A stretch of DNA of 64,000 nucleotides from Vicugna vicugna (taxonomy: Eukaryota): positions 920,020 through 984,019 of the forward strand of contig MU058257.1 of assembly GCA_013265495.1 (NCBI GenBank), written 5' to 3'. The number at the start of each line of letters is the position of its first letter. Positions within the stretch are counted from its first letter, which is position 1. A model generated the notes under the pieces. That model was not told where the DNA came from and did no database searches. It saw nothing but the letters and a program-made list of their open reading frames with translations. The translations under genes and the position numbers were made by a program. Shown here in pieces: positions 63,579-64,000 of the stretch.

Positions 63579-63752
63579 AGCTGCAATTCCTTCTATGTTA
63601 TAAATATGTTCAATCATAAATAAAATATGAATAAATCTGAATACTATAGGAATATATACGTAAATATATAAGGACTTATATTCCTGTAACATTCAGGTTT
63701 ATCCACGTTTTACTTGATTTAGCATATTTATGATATAGAAGGAATTGCAGCT
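63579..63752. repeat. Long AT-rich inverted repeat (78- and 76-bp arms, 20-nt spacer)
   Basis: 63579-63656 aligns to the reverse complement of 63677-63752 with 12 mismatches and one 2-nt gap. The outer 18 bp are perfect. Confidence 0.95.
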
Positions 63753-64000
63753 AATATTTACAAAATTAACTAAAAGTATGTATAATATGTATAATGATGG
63801 AACAATGCAAATTTATCTATTAGGACATGTGTATCTCTCCATATCCCTCCTTAGCTCTTTGTGGAGAAGCTGCGCACAGGACAAAACGCAGTCCGTTAGG
63901 GTTTGATGGTCTGAGCAGTCTTCTGCATCTTTGTCTCCATGGCTCCGACCCTGCCCGGGACACTGCCTCCCTGAAGTGAGAGACCTTCTTAATGGGATCC

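Overview
Non-coding mammalian genomic DNA. It is most likely camelid, based on a tRNA-Ala-derived Vic-1-like SINE at 16361, artiodactyl-type L1 3' ends, MER41-like LTRs and no Alu, B1 or BovA/BovB elements seen by eye. No protein-coding gene is supported. Among the ORFs, only L1 ORF2 remnants resemble known proteins, and the longest ORFs are read-through of a simple repeat. Much of the window is decayed repeats: L1, L2, MIR, about 12 ERV/MaLR LTRs, hAT-type DNA transposons and simple repeats. The points worth following up are: (1) an AT-rich inverted repeat of about 175-235 bp at 63.5-63.8 kb that I cannot assign to a family; (2) every LTR I could orient lies on the minus strand, suggesting the window is an intron of a + strand transcript; (3) an old L1 with 5'-inverted architecture; (4) a (CATC)n array with a 104-bp higher-order period; (5) two MER41-like LTRs that differ by an internal duplication; (6) an unexplained ~60-bp dispersed duplication; (7) a candidate 27-nt microexon; (8) several enhancer-like motif clusters. 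I found no convincing novel multi-component system. Repeat family names and many boundaries come from recognition by eye and need RepeatMasker/Dfam confirmation.
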